A DNA stretch of 62,186 bases, the filler included. It is 9 parts of 9 records of this genome, joined end to end, with 100 filler letters (N's around TTAATTAATTAA, not from the genome) between each part and the next. Parts side by side here need not be neighbours in the genome. Positions count along the whole stretch, not along the records: positions 6,362 to 13,819 come from SRR31147125_46136; positions 13,920 to 20,119 come from SRR31147125_46145; positions 20,220 to 25,586 come from SRR31147125_46150; 6 more parts are not named here. One strand, written 5' to 3'. Position 1 is the first letter of the stretch, and each line of letters starts with the position of its first letter. The translations under genes and the position numbers were made by a program. This document shows positions 9,742 through 20,287 of the stretch, one piece after another. The notes below the pieces were generated by a model. That model made no database searches. It saw only the letters and a program-made list of their open reading frames with translations, and had not been told where the DNA came from.

Positions 9742-12700
9742 ATGTGGACTCGGAAAATACTCATCAGGGGAGTGATCTGTTGCTCTTGCTTCCTGTTGAT
9801 TGTTTTTGCCGTTTTACCCCATGTCATTGCTCCAGTTTCCGAAAAAATCCTCCGTAAAAAGGTGACTGAGCTAACCGGTCTTGAGCCATTTGAAATGGAG
9901 ATTGAAACCGTTGGCCTGTTGGGACTCGGCATCGGAAAAATTACCACCGGTCAGACACTTTCGATCGATTCCGTATTTTGCAGTTACTCCCCACTCTCGT
10001 TACTGACGCATCCATCTATAGAGGCTCTAACCATTTCAGGGCTTCAAATCCAGGCCAATTGGGACGCCAATGGCCCATCTTTCCAGGATTTTCCACGAGC
10101 CACGTCAACTTCTGTTGGAGCCAAAAACCCCAATGAAGAGAATTCTTTATTGGATCCACAATTCCTCGATAAAATTGTCGGTAAAATTGCCGGAATATTT
10201 CCTTTTTTTCCGAAAGAGTTGGAGATTCGTCACTCCATGCTCCTCATTAAAAAACCAGGGGAGACGGTGTCCGTTCCTTTTTCAATACGGTGTAAGACAG
10301 CCCCGGACAACGGCGGGACCCTTACCATTCATCTCACTTTATTTCCATTTTGCCAGGCCGTTGATATCGATATCACTGCGGATCTAAAAAAGGGGATTCG
10401 TTCGGCAGCATTGACGGCAAACACAATTGATCTGGCAGCGTTTAATCGTGTATTGGCTTGGGTGACACCGGAGTCACAGCTGCGTCTCAAAGGGCGAGCC
10501 GATTTAAGCATCGCAATGGCGGGACATGAAACCGGACTTGCAAGACGTTCTCTTGTCGAAAGTAGCCATCGGTATGGTGGGAAAGATCCGGGGGAGGGCG
10601 GTGGACGTATGGAATACAGAGAAAGTGCCCTGTCCCATTGGAAAGCGACTTTATCCCATCTTGGTCTTGGTTTAAATCTGGAAAAACAAAGAGATATGGG
10701 CGTGTTCTTTCAAGGTGAGCTCAATAATTGGGTGTGCAATGTTGAAGTGAACCATCCGTTTTTCGAAACATATGAAAGGGTATTCTCCCGGGAGAGCATG
10801 GATACCCAAGTCATGTCTCCCGATGAATCCATGTCAGAAAACCAGTCCGGCAGTCCAATTGTCAGCGGGAAAATTGATTCTGGAAAATCGGGATTGCCTC
10901 CTTCAAACTCTTCGATTGCCGTGTCCGGAGAGGTCTGGCTTGAAAATCGGTCCATATCTCCCATGAAACTGACATATTCAGTCCAAGCGCAACAAATCAG
11001 AGATGATCCGGGTGATGATGGGGGTGGAAATGATAATGATGGTGGGGGTGTAAAAGAGGTGAAAAATAGATGGCGCGTCACCGTAACAGGTGAGGAAGCC
11101 ATCCCTCCGAATTTTATTTTATCTGATCCCTTTCAATGGATTACCATGGAATCCCCTTTTTTCAGCTGGATATGAGTGGATCTTCGCTGAAAGGAAAAGG
11201 GACGCTGAAAGCTGCGGTACAAAATATTGATATCAGTGGAAAAGATGCCGTCAAAACAGGATGGGTGAAGCGATCTCCCTTATTGGAGGGGGCAACAGTC
11301 TCTTTAAAACGGGTGGGTGCCGCCTCAGAGATGCAGTTTGACTTTTCAGATGGAGGTAAAGACAAAGGGAAAGGGACGAAGGGGGTGGAACTCACCTTCA
11401 ATGCCGACTTTCAAAAAATATACGCTGCCATGGAGGAAACCCGGATCTTATTTCCTGCAATCTCAATCCCAGGAGAGCTGAATGTCGGAAGGGGCGGAGA
11501 AACAGATCTCTCATTAAGTGCTTCCATGAAGGGAGGACAGATAGTGGCGGATGCAAAGGGCATTCGATTGGAAGGGATCGGCTTTGATCTTCCGATGAAA
11601 TTGCAATTGGGAAGTAAGGGCGTTCGTTCAAAATCAAAAAGAAAGAAGGGACGCGTGTCAGTCAGCCGGATTCTTTTAAAAGACACGTTGGGCGCGTCAG
11701 AAAACAGGAAAATATCAGGTGGTCGGCGCCAAAAGGGCAGATATCATAGCATCGGCAATCTGGAGATCTCTACAAGACAGCCGGCACCATTGGGAGTAAC
11801 GCTTGATGGGAAGCTCACCGTCAAGCTGGACGGACTTGCGTCTGTCGATGGAAGTGAAATGTCTGCATCTTCAACTTTAAAAAGGGCGGAAATCTCATTT
11901 GTTTCGACACTGAACAGCCTTCCTGAAACAGGTTTTGATCTTGAGACATCATTTCAACTGGCGCCGCGTCGTTTTACTCAAGACATTGTTGCAACTGAGT
12001 GGCTGGCCTCTTATGCATCCGGTGCATCTTCACTGATGGGGGATGATCTGGAATTTGCCGTGACTCTGGCAGCCGATGGAACGATGATACTGAAAGAGGA
12101 TGAGATGATCAGCTCGGTCAATTTTCATATTGATGATGGACAATTGGCCATGCCGTCGAAGAATTTTCGTATCAAAGGGATACGTTCCGGTATAGCCTTG
12201 GATGGATTGCCGAACCTCAAAAGTTCGTCCGGCCAACTGCTTTGCATTGATCGAATTGAAGCAAATGAGATTGCGCTCTCGGATATTGCACTGAAATATA
12301 CATTGGAATCCCCCACATCCTTGCTTGTTGAAAATATCGGATTCAACTGGTGCAATGGGCGCGTTTCAACGGAAGCCATGCGGATCTCAACCGAAAAAAA
12401 TGAGTACCATCTCAATCTCTTTTGTGACAGACTCGGCCTTTCTGAAATCCTCCATCAGCTTGGGGCGTTTCATTCCGAGGGGGAGGGGAGCCTCAACGGA
12501 AGAATTCCCATATCCTATGTGAATGGGAATATCTCCTTTGATAATGGGTTTCTTTATTCCACTCCCGGTAAAGGCGGTGTCATTAAAATTACAGGGACTG
12601 AGGTGCTGCTCGCTGGAATTCCAATGGATACGCCACAGTTTGCCCAGATTGATCTCGCCAGGGAGGCACTGAAAAATTATCAGTACGAGTGGGCCAAGTT

Positions 12701-12926
12701 GGGATTTAACACGGTTGATGATGAGTTGGTTGTGAAAATGGAGTTTGACGGTAAACCCAAGGATCTGCTACCTTTTGTTTATAAAAAAGAAGTCGGGAGT
12801 TTTGTTCGTGTTGGGGCTTCTAATCCCGGTTCAAATTTTCAGGGAATTAATCTCAGTGTCAATTTAAGATTACCCTTCAACAAGGTGATGAAATTCGGCA
12901 ACAGGATTAATTCATTATTTCGGTAA
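9742..12926 (+). CDS. ydbH: YdbH-family (AsmA-like) intermembrane bridge protein; frameshift at T-run 11157-11162
   Basis: N-terminal TM anchor, long beta-rich body, C-terminal EGSLNGRIP...ALKNYQY...INLSVNLRLP; AGGAGG RBS at 9731; followed by YnbE- and YdbL-like genes. Confidence 0.8.
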
Positions 12927-12959
12927 ACGAGCGACGCGTAATGAGGAGATAGTGGAAGT

Positions 12960-13163
12960 ATGAAAAATATTAATTTTTGTATCGTATTGATTGCAATGCT
13001 CCCTTTATTTGTGGGGGGAGGGTGCAGTACCAGTCATGAAGTGGAGGTCAAACCAGTAGAGGTGAAACCCATTCACATCACCATTGATGTCAATGTCAAG
13101 GTTGATCGCGCTTTGGATGACTTCTTCGATGATATCGATCAGGCTGAAGAAAAAATTCAGTAA
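12960..13163 (+). CDS. ynbE: YnbE-like lipoprotein
   Basis: Lipobox GGGC, then KPIHITIDVNVKVDRALDDFF. Confidence 0.85.
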   Translation: MKNINFCIVLIAMLPLFVGGGCSTSHEVEVKPVEVKPIHITIDVNVKVDRALDDFFDDIDQAEEKIQ

Positions 13164-13297
13164 TTAATATGAAAATCTAACGATTAATGGATCGAGAGTT
13201 CTCATCTGTTGTTACGGTAAGCGCTCTTGTCATGGCCATTATTACAAAGAAAGAATCAAAAGAAATAAATATATCGAGAAATGGAAGGAGATATCAG

Positions 13298-13665
13298 ATG
13301 GTAAAAAGGATCATGTTTTCATTGAGCATCGTGCTGTTGATGAGTGTTTCAATGGTCTCTCTCACATGGGCGGACAGCATTAAAGAGAGAATGAAACAGC
13401 GTCTTCCCCGGATTGTCCAGATGAAGAAACAGATGATCGTCGGTGAGAACGATAAAGGGTATCTGGAGTATATTTCGGAAAATCGACCTAATCGGGATTT
13501 AATTAATGCTGAAAATGAAGATCGGCGTAAAGTATATGAGATGATTGCCAACCAGCAGGGAGTAACGCTTCAAAAGGTTGAAGAGCTAAGGGCCCTTCAA
13601 ATCGTTAAAAAGGCGGCCAAGGGAGAAATGTTGAAAAAAGTGACGGCACTTGGTATCGGAAGTGA
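13298..13665 (+). CDS. ydbl: YdbL family (DUF1318) protein; 1-nt deletion in A-run 13634-13639
   Basis: AGGAG RBS and ATG at 13298, signal peptide, VGENDKGYL...ENEDRRKVYEMIA; one added A gives the expected ending KGEMLKKSDGTWYRK*. Confidence 0.85.
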
Positions 13666-13919
13666 GTTTCGTGCATTTTAAATCCCCCTTGTATCACTCC
13701 TTGATTGTGAGATGAGCGCGCGTTTTGTTCTCCATTTCTTTTGTCTTCATCTATAGTCGATACGAAAAAAGGTGAAGTTGACATGAGGTTTTGGGGCCAT
13801 TTTATTTATTTGAAAGCTGNNNNNNNNNNNNNNNNNNNNNNNNNNNNNNNNNNNNNNNNNNNNTTAATTAATTAANNNNNNNNNNNNNNNNNNNNNNNNN
13901 NNNNNNNNNNNNNNNNNNN

Positions 13920-14693
13920 CTGGTATTTTTCTGAAATATAGCCACTCAGGTATTTTTTATCGAAAGGCACAAGGTTTTCCAAATCCCATGGCTCAAGTTT
14001 GTAAATGTATTTTTGAGGAAGCGATTTTGTGGCAACCGTTAAAATATCGTCGAAGAATTTCGAAACAGAACCGCTAACAGTATTCCAGCGCGTTTTTTGA
14101 ACCTGTCGGGTTTTAGTTACGCTTTTACCGTTTTCGGTGGTTGTGTACGACTCGGTTACGTAATAGTGAGTTCCACGCTGGCCCACATATTTTGTAAATG
14201 TATCGGTGTCGTAAGTCCAGTACGGAATGTAAACACCTTTAAAATGATCAAAATTGAGTGTTGCTTTTTTTAGTTTATTGGGTGCAAACCAAAGTCTCTT
14301 TACCCATTTTTTAAATTCGGCTTTTGCATCGTTTTTATTCAGCTTAAAAGGCAGCAACGATTTTGGTTTTATAACACTTTCATCTTTTGCATCTTCAAGA
14401 ATAAGAGGCGTAGAACAGTAGGGGCAATTGGCCGAGCTAATATTTGGTTCCAACGAAGAGGTTGCTCCACAGTTACTACACTTTATAAACTTTTCGGTAA
14501 TTTGCTCTTCCGATTCTTCTTGTGTTGCCAGATGAGTATCGAAATCAAGTTCCTCAATATCATCATCAAGCTGTGGAATTTCGTTAACAGCTCCGCAATA
14601 TTCATAGGTTAGTTCGTGCGTGCCGGGTTTAAATTTTAAATCGGCACCACAATTGGTGCATGAAAACGATTCTGTTTTATTATGGTCTTCCAT
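13920..14693 (-). CDS. Zn-ribbon protein of the YdjG-like family (often mislabelled PriA), 3'-truncated
   Basis: CTNCGA, YEYCG, CSNCGA and CPYC ribbons, GVYIPYWTYD, LEPWDL; directly downstream of an SPFH gene. Confidence 0.75.
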
Positions 14694-14753
14694 TTGGTTT
14701 TAACGGGTTAGTTTAAAATTTAAGAATATCAATTCTTTTGGTTTTTGTTTTTA

Positions 14754-15884
14754 CTATTGTCCCGGAATTGGAGGTGGTACGCTTCCAAAAATAGTGTTTA
14801 GCTCAGGCAATTGTCCCGCAGCTTGCCAGTTTGCCATTCCTTCGCGCCAAACCAGGGTATCTCTTGTAATTTGGTTTTGCATGGCCATTTGTTTTAACAC
14901 GTTCATGTCGTATGGTCCCGCTTGTTGCCCATTAACAACAGCAAAAAAAGTAAGCGCCGGCGGAATTGGTGGTGGAGTAGGAGCTCCGGTTTGTTGCGGT
15001 GGTTGCTGGCTTTGTGGTTGTTGCTGCGGTTGCCCTGTAAACGCTTGTCCCATTTGGTTGGCCATGGCAAAACCCATTCCCATTCCCATACCTGCGCCTG
15101 CTGTGCCACTGTCGTTTTCGGCAGCTTTTTCCATTGCTTTTGCAGCTTTCATTTTAGCCAGTTTATCAAGGTCGATGGCATTTAGGCGGCTAAGCTCAAA
15201 TATTTCCTTCTTGATTTCTTCGGGCATCGATACATTTTCGATGAGGAATTTAGTTACCTCAATACCGTAGCTTTCAAACTCGGGGCCAATTACCGAATGT
15301 ACATATTCCGAAATTTCATTTACGTTGGATGCATAATTTTCTACCGGAAGATTTGCTTCGCCAATGGCATCGGTAAAGCGGGTAATAATCATCGAGCGCA
15401 ATTGTTCAGCAATTTCTTCGGTTGTAAAATGACCATCGGTTCCAACAATTTCTTTAATAAAAACCGGTGCATCTTTTACACGAATTACGTAGGTTCCGAA
15501 TGCTCGAATTTCCAGCATCCCGAAACGTTGGTCAGAAAGAGTAATCGGATTTTTAGTTCCCCATTTTTGGTCGGTAATATTTCGTGTGCTCACAAAATAA
15601 ACCTCGGCTTTAAACGGGCTGTTAAAACCATATTTCCACCCTTTAAGTGTTGAAAGGATAGGCATGTTTTCGGTTTTAAGCTCGTACATTCCCGGTTGAT
15701 AAACGTCGGCAATTTGGCCTTCGTTAATAAAAACTGCCATTTGCCCTTCGCGAACGGTAAGTTTTGCGCCGTATTTTATTTCGTTTTGGTAACGTTCGAA
15801 TCGGTATACCAGTGTGTTGTTCGAATCATCGAGCCATTCAATAATGTCGATAAATTCATTACGTAGTTTGTCAAATAATCCCAT
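14754..15884 (-). CDS. SPFH (YdjI-like / band 7) protein with C-terminal GYF_2 (DUF4339) domain
   Basis: EFIDIIEW, LTVREGQMAVF, SPFKAEVYFV, KWGTKNP, GAGMGMGMG, then GQQAGPY...TLVWREGMANW...PPPIP. Confidence 0.9.
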   Translation of the reverse strand: MGLFDKLRNEFIDIIEWLDDSNNTLVYRFERYQNEIKYGAKLTVREGQMAVFINEGQIADVYQPGMYELKTENMPILSTLKGWKYGFNSPFKAEVYFVSTRNITDQKWGTKNPITLSDQRFGMLEIRAFGTYVIRVKDAPVFIKEIVGTDGHFTTEEIAEQLRSMIITRFTDAIGEANLPVENYASNVNEISEYVHSVIGPEFESYGIEVTKFLIENVSMPEEIKKEIFELSRLNAIDLDKLAKMKAAKAMEKAAENDSGTAGAGMGMGMGFAMANQMGQAFTGQPQQQPQSQQPPQQTGAPTPPPIPPALTFFAVVNGQQAGPYDMNVLKQMAMQNQITRDTLVWREGMANWQAAGQLPELNTIFGSVPPPIPGQ

Positions 15885-15994
15885 GGAGTGTTAATTTTTC
15901 ACCTAAATTACTAAAGGATATTTTGTTAAACAAGCTTTGGAGGGATGCGAATGTTATTTTGAAAGAATTTTTGTGTGGAGGTAGGAAGAAAAGC

Positions 15995-16031
15995 AAAGAC
16001 CTTCAGATTTTGCAATATTCTGAAGGTCTTT
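15995..16031 (-). terminator. Terminator-like hairpin after the fucosidase gene
   Basis: 13-bp perfect inverted repeat AAAGACCTTCAGA / TCTGAAGGTCTTT, 10 bp past the stop. Confidence 0.7.
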
Positions 16032-16041
16032 CTGAATTTTT

Positions 16042-17520
16042 CTACTGAACCGCAGAAATTTTAACCGCCCAGGCTAAGTCGCAAGGTAAGTTTTTCCTGA
16101 TACTTGCAGGAATAAACACTTTTACACCTTCATCAGTGTTTTGCCACTTCAGATTTCCTTTGGCACCCAACATTGTTAGTCTGGCATTTTTAGCTGCTTT
16201 AATACCTTTTACTGTGAACGATGCCGGAATTCCCGAACCGTCTTCTTGTTCAAGATAAATTGCGTAAACCGCTTTGGTGTCTTTTTGCTGACTCAAACAA
16301 ATATTATCCGATTTAAAAGGAGCGATAGCACGTGTTGAATAAATTGCTTCGCCGTTAACTTTAATCCAGTTACCCATTTTTTCAAGTAGGGTGTAAGCAC
16401 CTTCCGGCCATTTCCCGTCAGGACCGGGGCCAATATTATAAAGTAAATTACCTCCTTTTGCCACAATGTCGATTAACATGTGAATGGCCTGTTTGGGTGT
16501 CATAAAAGTTGGATTTGGAGACCATGACCAGCCACCGCCTGCAATAATACAGCTTTCCCAAGGGTAAGGAAGTTGTTGTTTGGGCACTTTATTTTCAGGA
16601 GTAAGATAGTTCTGGTTTGGACCTTCAACAGCTCGGTCTACTACAATTAATCCGGGCTGTTTTTTACGAGCTTTTGCTGCCAGTTCGCTCATTCTGATAT
16701 CCTGGTCAACAACACGATTTTTTAAAAAACCACTTGGAGCTTCGGCATGGCGTCCTTTGTAATACTCTTTTAGCGCTTGTTCCGATTGTTTGCAAACCCA
16801 GCCACCGTCGAGCCAAAGAATATCAATTTTTCCGTAGTCGCTCATCAATTCCATAATTTGGTTGTGGGTAAACTGCACAAAATTCTCCCACTTTTCAGGA
16901 TATAATGTGGGGTCGTAGTTTACGTTTCTGTCAAGCGGCGGAAATTTTGGATCCCAATAATAAGGAGTATTCCAGTCGGGCTTCGAAAAATAAGCTCCTG
17001 CCCACATTCCTTCATTGCGGAATGCATCGAATACTTCTTTTGCAATATTTGCTTTTGGATTAACGCTAAACGGACATTCAGGGCTCGTTATCTTGTAGTC
17101 GGTATATTTACTGTCGAACATGCAAAAACCATCGTGGTGTTTGGTTGTAAATACAAGGTATTTCATTCCGGCACCGGCTGCTGCTTTCGCCCATTTTTCG
17201 GGATTAAAACCAGTTGGATTAAATGATAGTTTCAGGTTTTCGTATTCCTTTTTGTACGTGAAATAATCATCGGGATTACTGCCTTTTTTACGCTGACACC
17301 AGCCATAATCTTCGGGGCAAATACTCCACGATTCAACAATTCCCCACTGGCTGTATGTTCCCCAGTGCATTAACAATCCAAATTTCAGGTCTTGCCAGTC
17401 ATCCAGTTTTTGTAGTACCTGTTCGTCTTCGGGCCAAACATAACCGGTTACTTCGTGTTCTAACTGAGCGCTACTAAATAACGCAAAAAGGATGGGTAGA
17501 ATTAAGATAAGTTTTTTCAT
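16042..17520 (-). CDS. Alpha-L-fucosidase (GH29), secreted
   Basis: KFGLLMHWG, TTKHHDGF, ILWLDGG and GGNLLYNIGP; signal peptide. Confidence 0.93.
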   Translation of the reverse strand: MKKLILILPILFALFSSAQLEHEVTGYVWPEDEQVLQKLDDWQDLKFGLLMHWGTYSQWGIVESWSICPEDYGWCQRKKGSNPDDYFTYKKEYENLKLSFNPTGFNPEKWAKAAAGAGMKYLVFTTKHHDGFCMFDSKYTDYKITSPECPFSVNPKANIAKEVFDAFRNEGMWAGAYFSKPDWNTPYYWDPKFPPLDRNVNYDPTLYPEKWENFVQFTHNQIMELMSDYGKIDILWLDGGWVCKQSEQALKEYYKGRHAEAPSGFLKNRVVDQDIRMSELAAKARKKQPGLIVVDRAVEGPNQNYLTPENKVPKQQLPYPWESCIIAGGGWSWSPNPTFMTPKQAIHMLIDIVAKGGNLLYNIGPGPDGKWPEGAYTLLEKMGNWIKVNGEAIYSTRAIAPFKSDNICLSQQKDTKAVYAIYLEQEDGSGIPASFTVKGIKAAKNARLTMLGAKGNLKWQNTDEGVKVFIPASIRKNLPCDLAWAVKISAVQ

Positions 17521-17593
17521 TTTATTAGATTAAAAAATTGTTTCAGGTTATACGTTTTTAAGATACAGGTTTTCACTTTTAAATGATTGCAAA

Positions 17594-18217
17594 CTAAACA
17601 AGCTCTCCTACAATCCGTCGGCCATGCAATTCATTGGTTCCTGTTAATTTCTGAATTTCATCAACGTTCGAATGCAGAACTTTCCCGGCAACCAGTATGG
17701 TAATTTTTCCTTCGGCTTCTGCAATCATCTGTCTGATAGTTTCCTGTCCTTCCATTGCAGTTGGTTTGCCGCCCGATGTGAGTATTCGTTTAATGTTCGG
17801 AATAGTTTTTAAAACCTTAACACCTTCAACCGGATCTTCCAGTTCGTCGATTGCTTTATGAAAAGTAACCGGAAGTGGTTTGGCATATTCCGCTAACATA
17901 CGGGTATGTACTTCATCAATTTTGTTATCGGCAGTAAGCAATCCAATAACAACACCATCGGCTCCGGCTTCTTTAGCCAGGTTAATTGCAATTTTGGTTT
18001 GCACCAATTCTTCGTCGGTAAATACGAAGTTACCTGCTCGCGGACGAGCCATTACCATTACCGGAATGTCCAATTGAGTAACAGCTTTTTTCATAAGACT
18101 GAACCTTGGTGTTAGTCCGTCGTTAGACAGGTCGGCGCAGAGTTCAATACGGTCGGCTCCTCTTTCCTGCGCAAGTTTTGCCTCTGAAAGCGATTCAACA
18201 CAAGCTTCTTTTATCAT
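17594..18217 (-). CDS. cutC: CutC family protein
   Basis: GADRIELC...GLTP, MARPRAGNF, TFHKAID, RILTSGG. Confidence 0.93.
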   Translation of the reverse strand: MIKEACVESLSEAKLAQERGADRIELCADLSNDGLTPRFSLMKKAVTQLDIPVMVMARPRAGNFVFTDEELVQTKIAINLAKEAGADGVVIGLLTADNKIDEVHTRMLAEYAKPLPVTFHKAIDELEDPVEGVKVLKTIPNIKRILTSGGKPTAMEGQETIRQMIAEAEGKITILVAGKVLHSNVDEIQKLTGTNELHGRRIVGELV

Positions 18218-18218
18218 G

Positions 18219-19172
18219 TTATTTAAGTTTATTCAAATCAATTTCGAATGTTGTTAATACAAATCCGTGGTCGGAAGGATACATAATATTTTTGCCTTTA
18301 AAGTTCAGAATTTCTCCCGGAGGAACAGTATGCGATTCCGAAGCCACCGGTTTAAGTTTCGAGCCTTTATAATAAAGATAATCTATTCTGTCTTCTTTTG
18401 TATATCCAAATTCGCCGTTTTTATCTATGCCCGAAATCCAGGTTTTACCCAGGTTTGTTAATGGATTCGAATGAATTTCGCGATAAGAATCTTTCAATCC
18501 TGCGTCGGCGAATGTTTTTGATACTGTCCAGTTTACCACCGCTCCCCCGTGGTTAAAAGTGTCTTTTGTGGCTTCGGTCCAATCTAAATGAGAATGACTG
18601 TTCATATCGCCTCCAAGTATTACCGGAATATTTTCTGCGTTGTTAAGGTAATGTTGTATTGAATTTACAACTTTTACCACTTCGTCGTCGCGCGAGCCTC
18701 TGTTTTCCCATGCAAGTATCGATTCTTCGGGCAAGTGGGTTGGCGCCAGTCGTGTATCGGGTAAATAATGAAGCCAGGTGTCGAATACCGCCACCGGAAT
18801 TGAGTCGTGCACTAAAATTTCTACTCCTCCAAAATTGAAGGTTGAAATAGAGTCGGCAAAGGCCAATTTCTTTGTAATCGGAAAGCGGGAATAAATGCAG
18901 AGGTTGCTCGAAATAAGGTGGTAGTCTAAATCTGTTGAATCCGAAATCATTGGAGCAGAACCATAGGTTTCAATCATTAAAACCACATCAGCTTCCGATG
19001 TTTTTATAATTTCAACCACAGATGGCCTCCCATCTTTGGGTAATGATTCATCGTGTCCTCCATGCCAGATATTCCAAACCAAAACTTTTAATTGTGGATT
19101 TTTGGGTTCTTCTGTACATGAAATACAGCAGATAGTTGCCAAAATAAGAATTAGATAGTTTAGATTTTTCAT
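18219..19172 (-). CDS. Endonuclease/exonuclease/phosphatase family lipoprotein
   Basis: Lipoprotein-like signal, WNIWHGG, GGDMNS, RIDYLY and YPSDH motifs. Confidence 0.88.
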   Translation of the reverse strand: MKNLNYLILILATICCISCTEEPKNPQLKVLVWNIWHGGHDESLPKDGRPSVVEIIKTSEADVVLMIETYGSAPMISDSTDLDYHLISSNLCIYSRFPITKKLAFADSISTFNFGGVEILVHDSIPVAVFDTWLHYLPDTRLAPTHLPEESILAWENRGSRDDEVVKVVNSIQHYLNNAENIPVILGGDMNSHSHLDWTEATKDTFNHGGAVVNWTVSKTFADAGLKDSYREIHSNPLTNLGKTWISGIDKNGEFGYTKEDRIDYLYYKGSKLKPVASESHTVPPGEILNFKGKNIMYPSDHGFVLTTFEIDLNKLK

Positions 19173-19176
19173 GTTC

Positions 19177-19184
19177 CAAATATA
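19177..19184 (-). promoter_or_regulatory. Possible Bacteroidota -7 promoter element
   Basis: TATATTTG on the minus strand matches TAnnTTTG, 4 nt upstream of the EEP start; no clear -33 element. Confidence 0.35.
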
Positions 19185-19303
19185 ATTATTTTGGCAATAT
19201 TTTCTTTAAGTGCGCGTTGTTTTTGTAAAAAATTTAAAAAGTGTTTGGCGGATGGATAACCGACTAATATTTTGTTTATTTGTAACAGTAAAACGAGAAG
19301 AAA

Positions 19304-20119
19304 TTGAAATACAATTTAGTAACAATATTAGGCCCGACAGCTACCGGGAAAACAGGATTGGCAGCACATTTTGCAGCCCGAATGAATGGCGAAATAATCT
19401 CAGCAGATTCGCGCCAGGTATACCGAGGAATGGATTTGGGTACCGGCAAAGATTTGGAAGATTATTTTATTGATGGAGTTGAAGTGCCTTCGCATTTGGT
19501 TGATATTGAAGATGCCGGAGCGCATTACAATGTGTATCGATTTCAAACCGATTTTATAAAAGTTTTTAACGAGATAAATTCAAGAGACAAGTTGCCGGTT
19601 TTGTGTGGCGGAAGTGGTTTGTACCTGGAGGCGGTGTTAAAAAATTACCGTTTAATTGAGGTGCCGCCAAACAACGAATTACGTAAGGAGTTGGAAGGAA
19701 AAACACTGGTAGAACTTACCGAAATTTTGAAAAGCCTTAAACCTGGATTGCACAACGAAACCGATGTTGAAACCGACCGCCGTGCAATTCGAGCCATTGA
19801 AATTGAAAAGTATTATGCCGAACATCCGCAAGACGAATCGGAAATGCCAAATATTGAAAGCCTGAACATTGGAATTGATTTCGACCGCGAAATGCGTCGC
19901 CAAAGAATTACAACACGACTTAAACAGCGCCTCGATGAAGGAATGCTCGATGAAGTGCAAAAACTTCTGGATTCGGGATTAACTCCGGAACAGTTGATTT
20001 ACTACGGGTTGGAATATAAATTTCTGACACTTCATTTAATTGGCGAGCTTACATTCGACGAAATGTTTAAGAAACTGGAAATTGCTATCCATCAGTTTGC
20101 CAAGCGCCAAATGACCTGG
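19304..20119 (+). CDS. miaA: tRNA dimethylallyltransferase, 3'-truncated
   Basis: GPTATGKT, SADSRQVY, GGSGLY and FAKRQMTW. Confidence 0.95.
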
Positions 20120-20219
20120 NNNNNNNNNNNNNNNNNNNNNNNNNNNNNNNNNNNNNNNNNNNNTTAATTAATTAANNNNNNNNNNNNNNNNNNNNNNNNN
20201 NNNNNNNNNNNNNNNNNNN

Positions 20220-20245
20220 TGTGTGTGTGTGTGTGTGTGTGTGTG
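20220..20245. repeat. (TG)13 microsatellite at contig end, intronic
   Basis: Seen directly; followed by a TAG acceptor at 20285-20287. Confidence 0.95.
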
Positions 20246-20287
20246 TTGCAGTATGTGTGACGTTTGTCTCCCCCCGCTCGACGATAG

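Noticed and set aside
13920-14693. Primosomal helicase PriA
   Set aside because: No helicase motifs; only Zn ribbons, in an SPFH-linked context.
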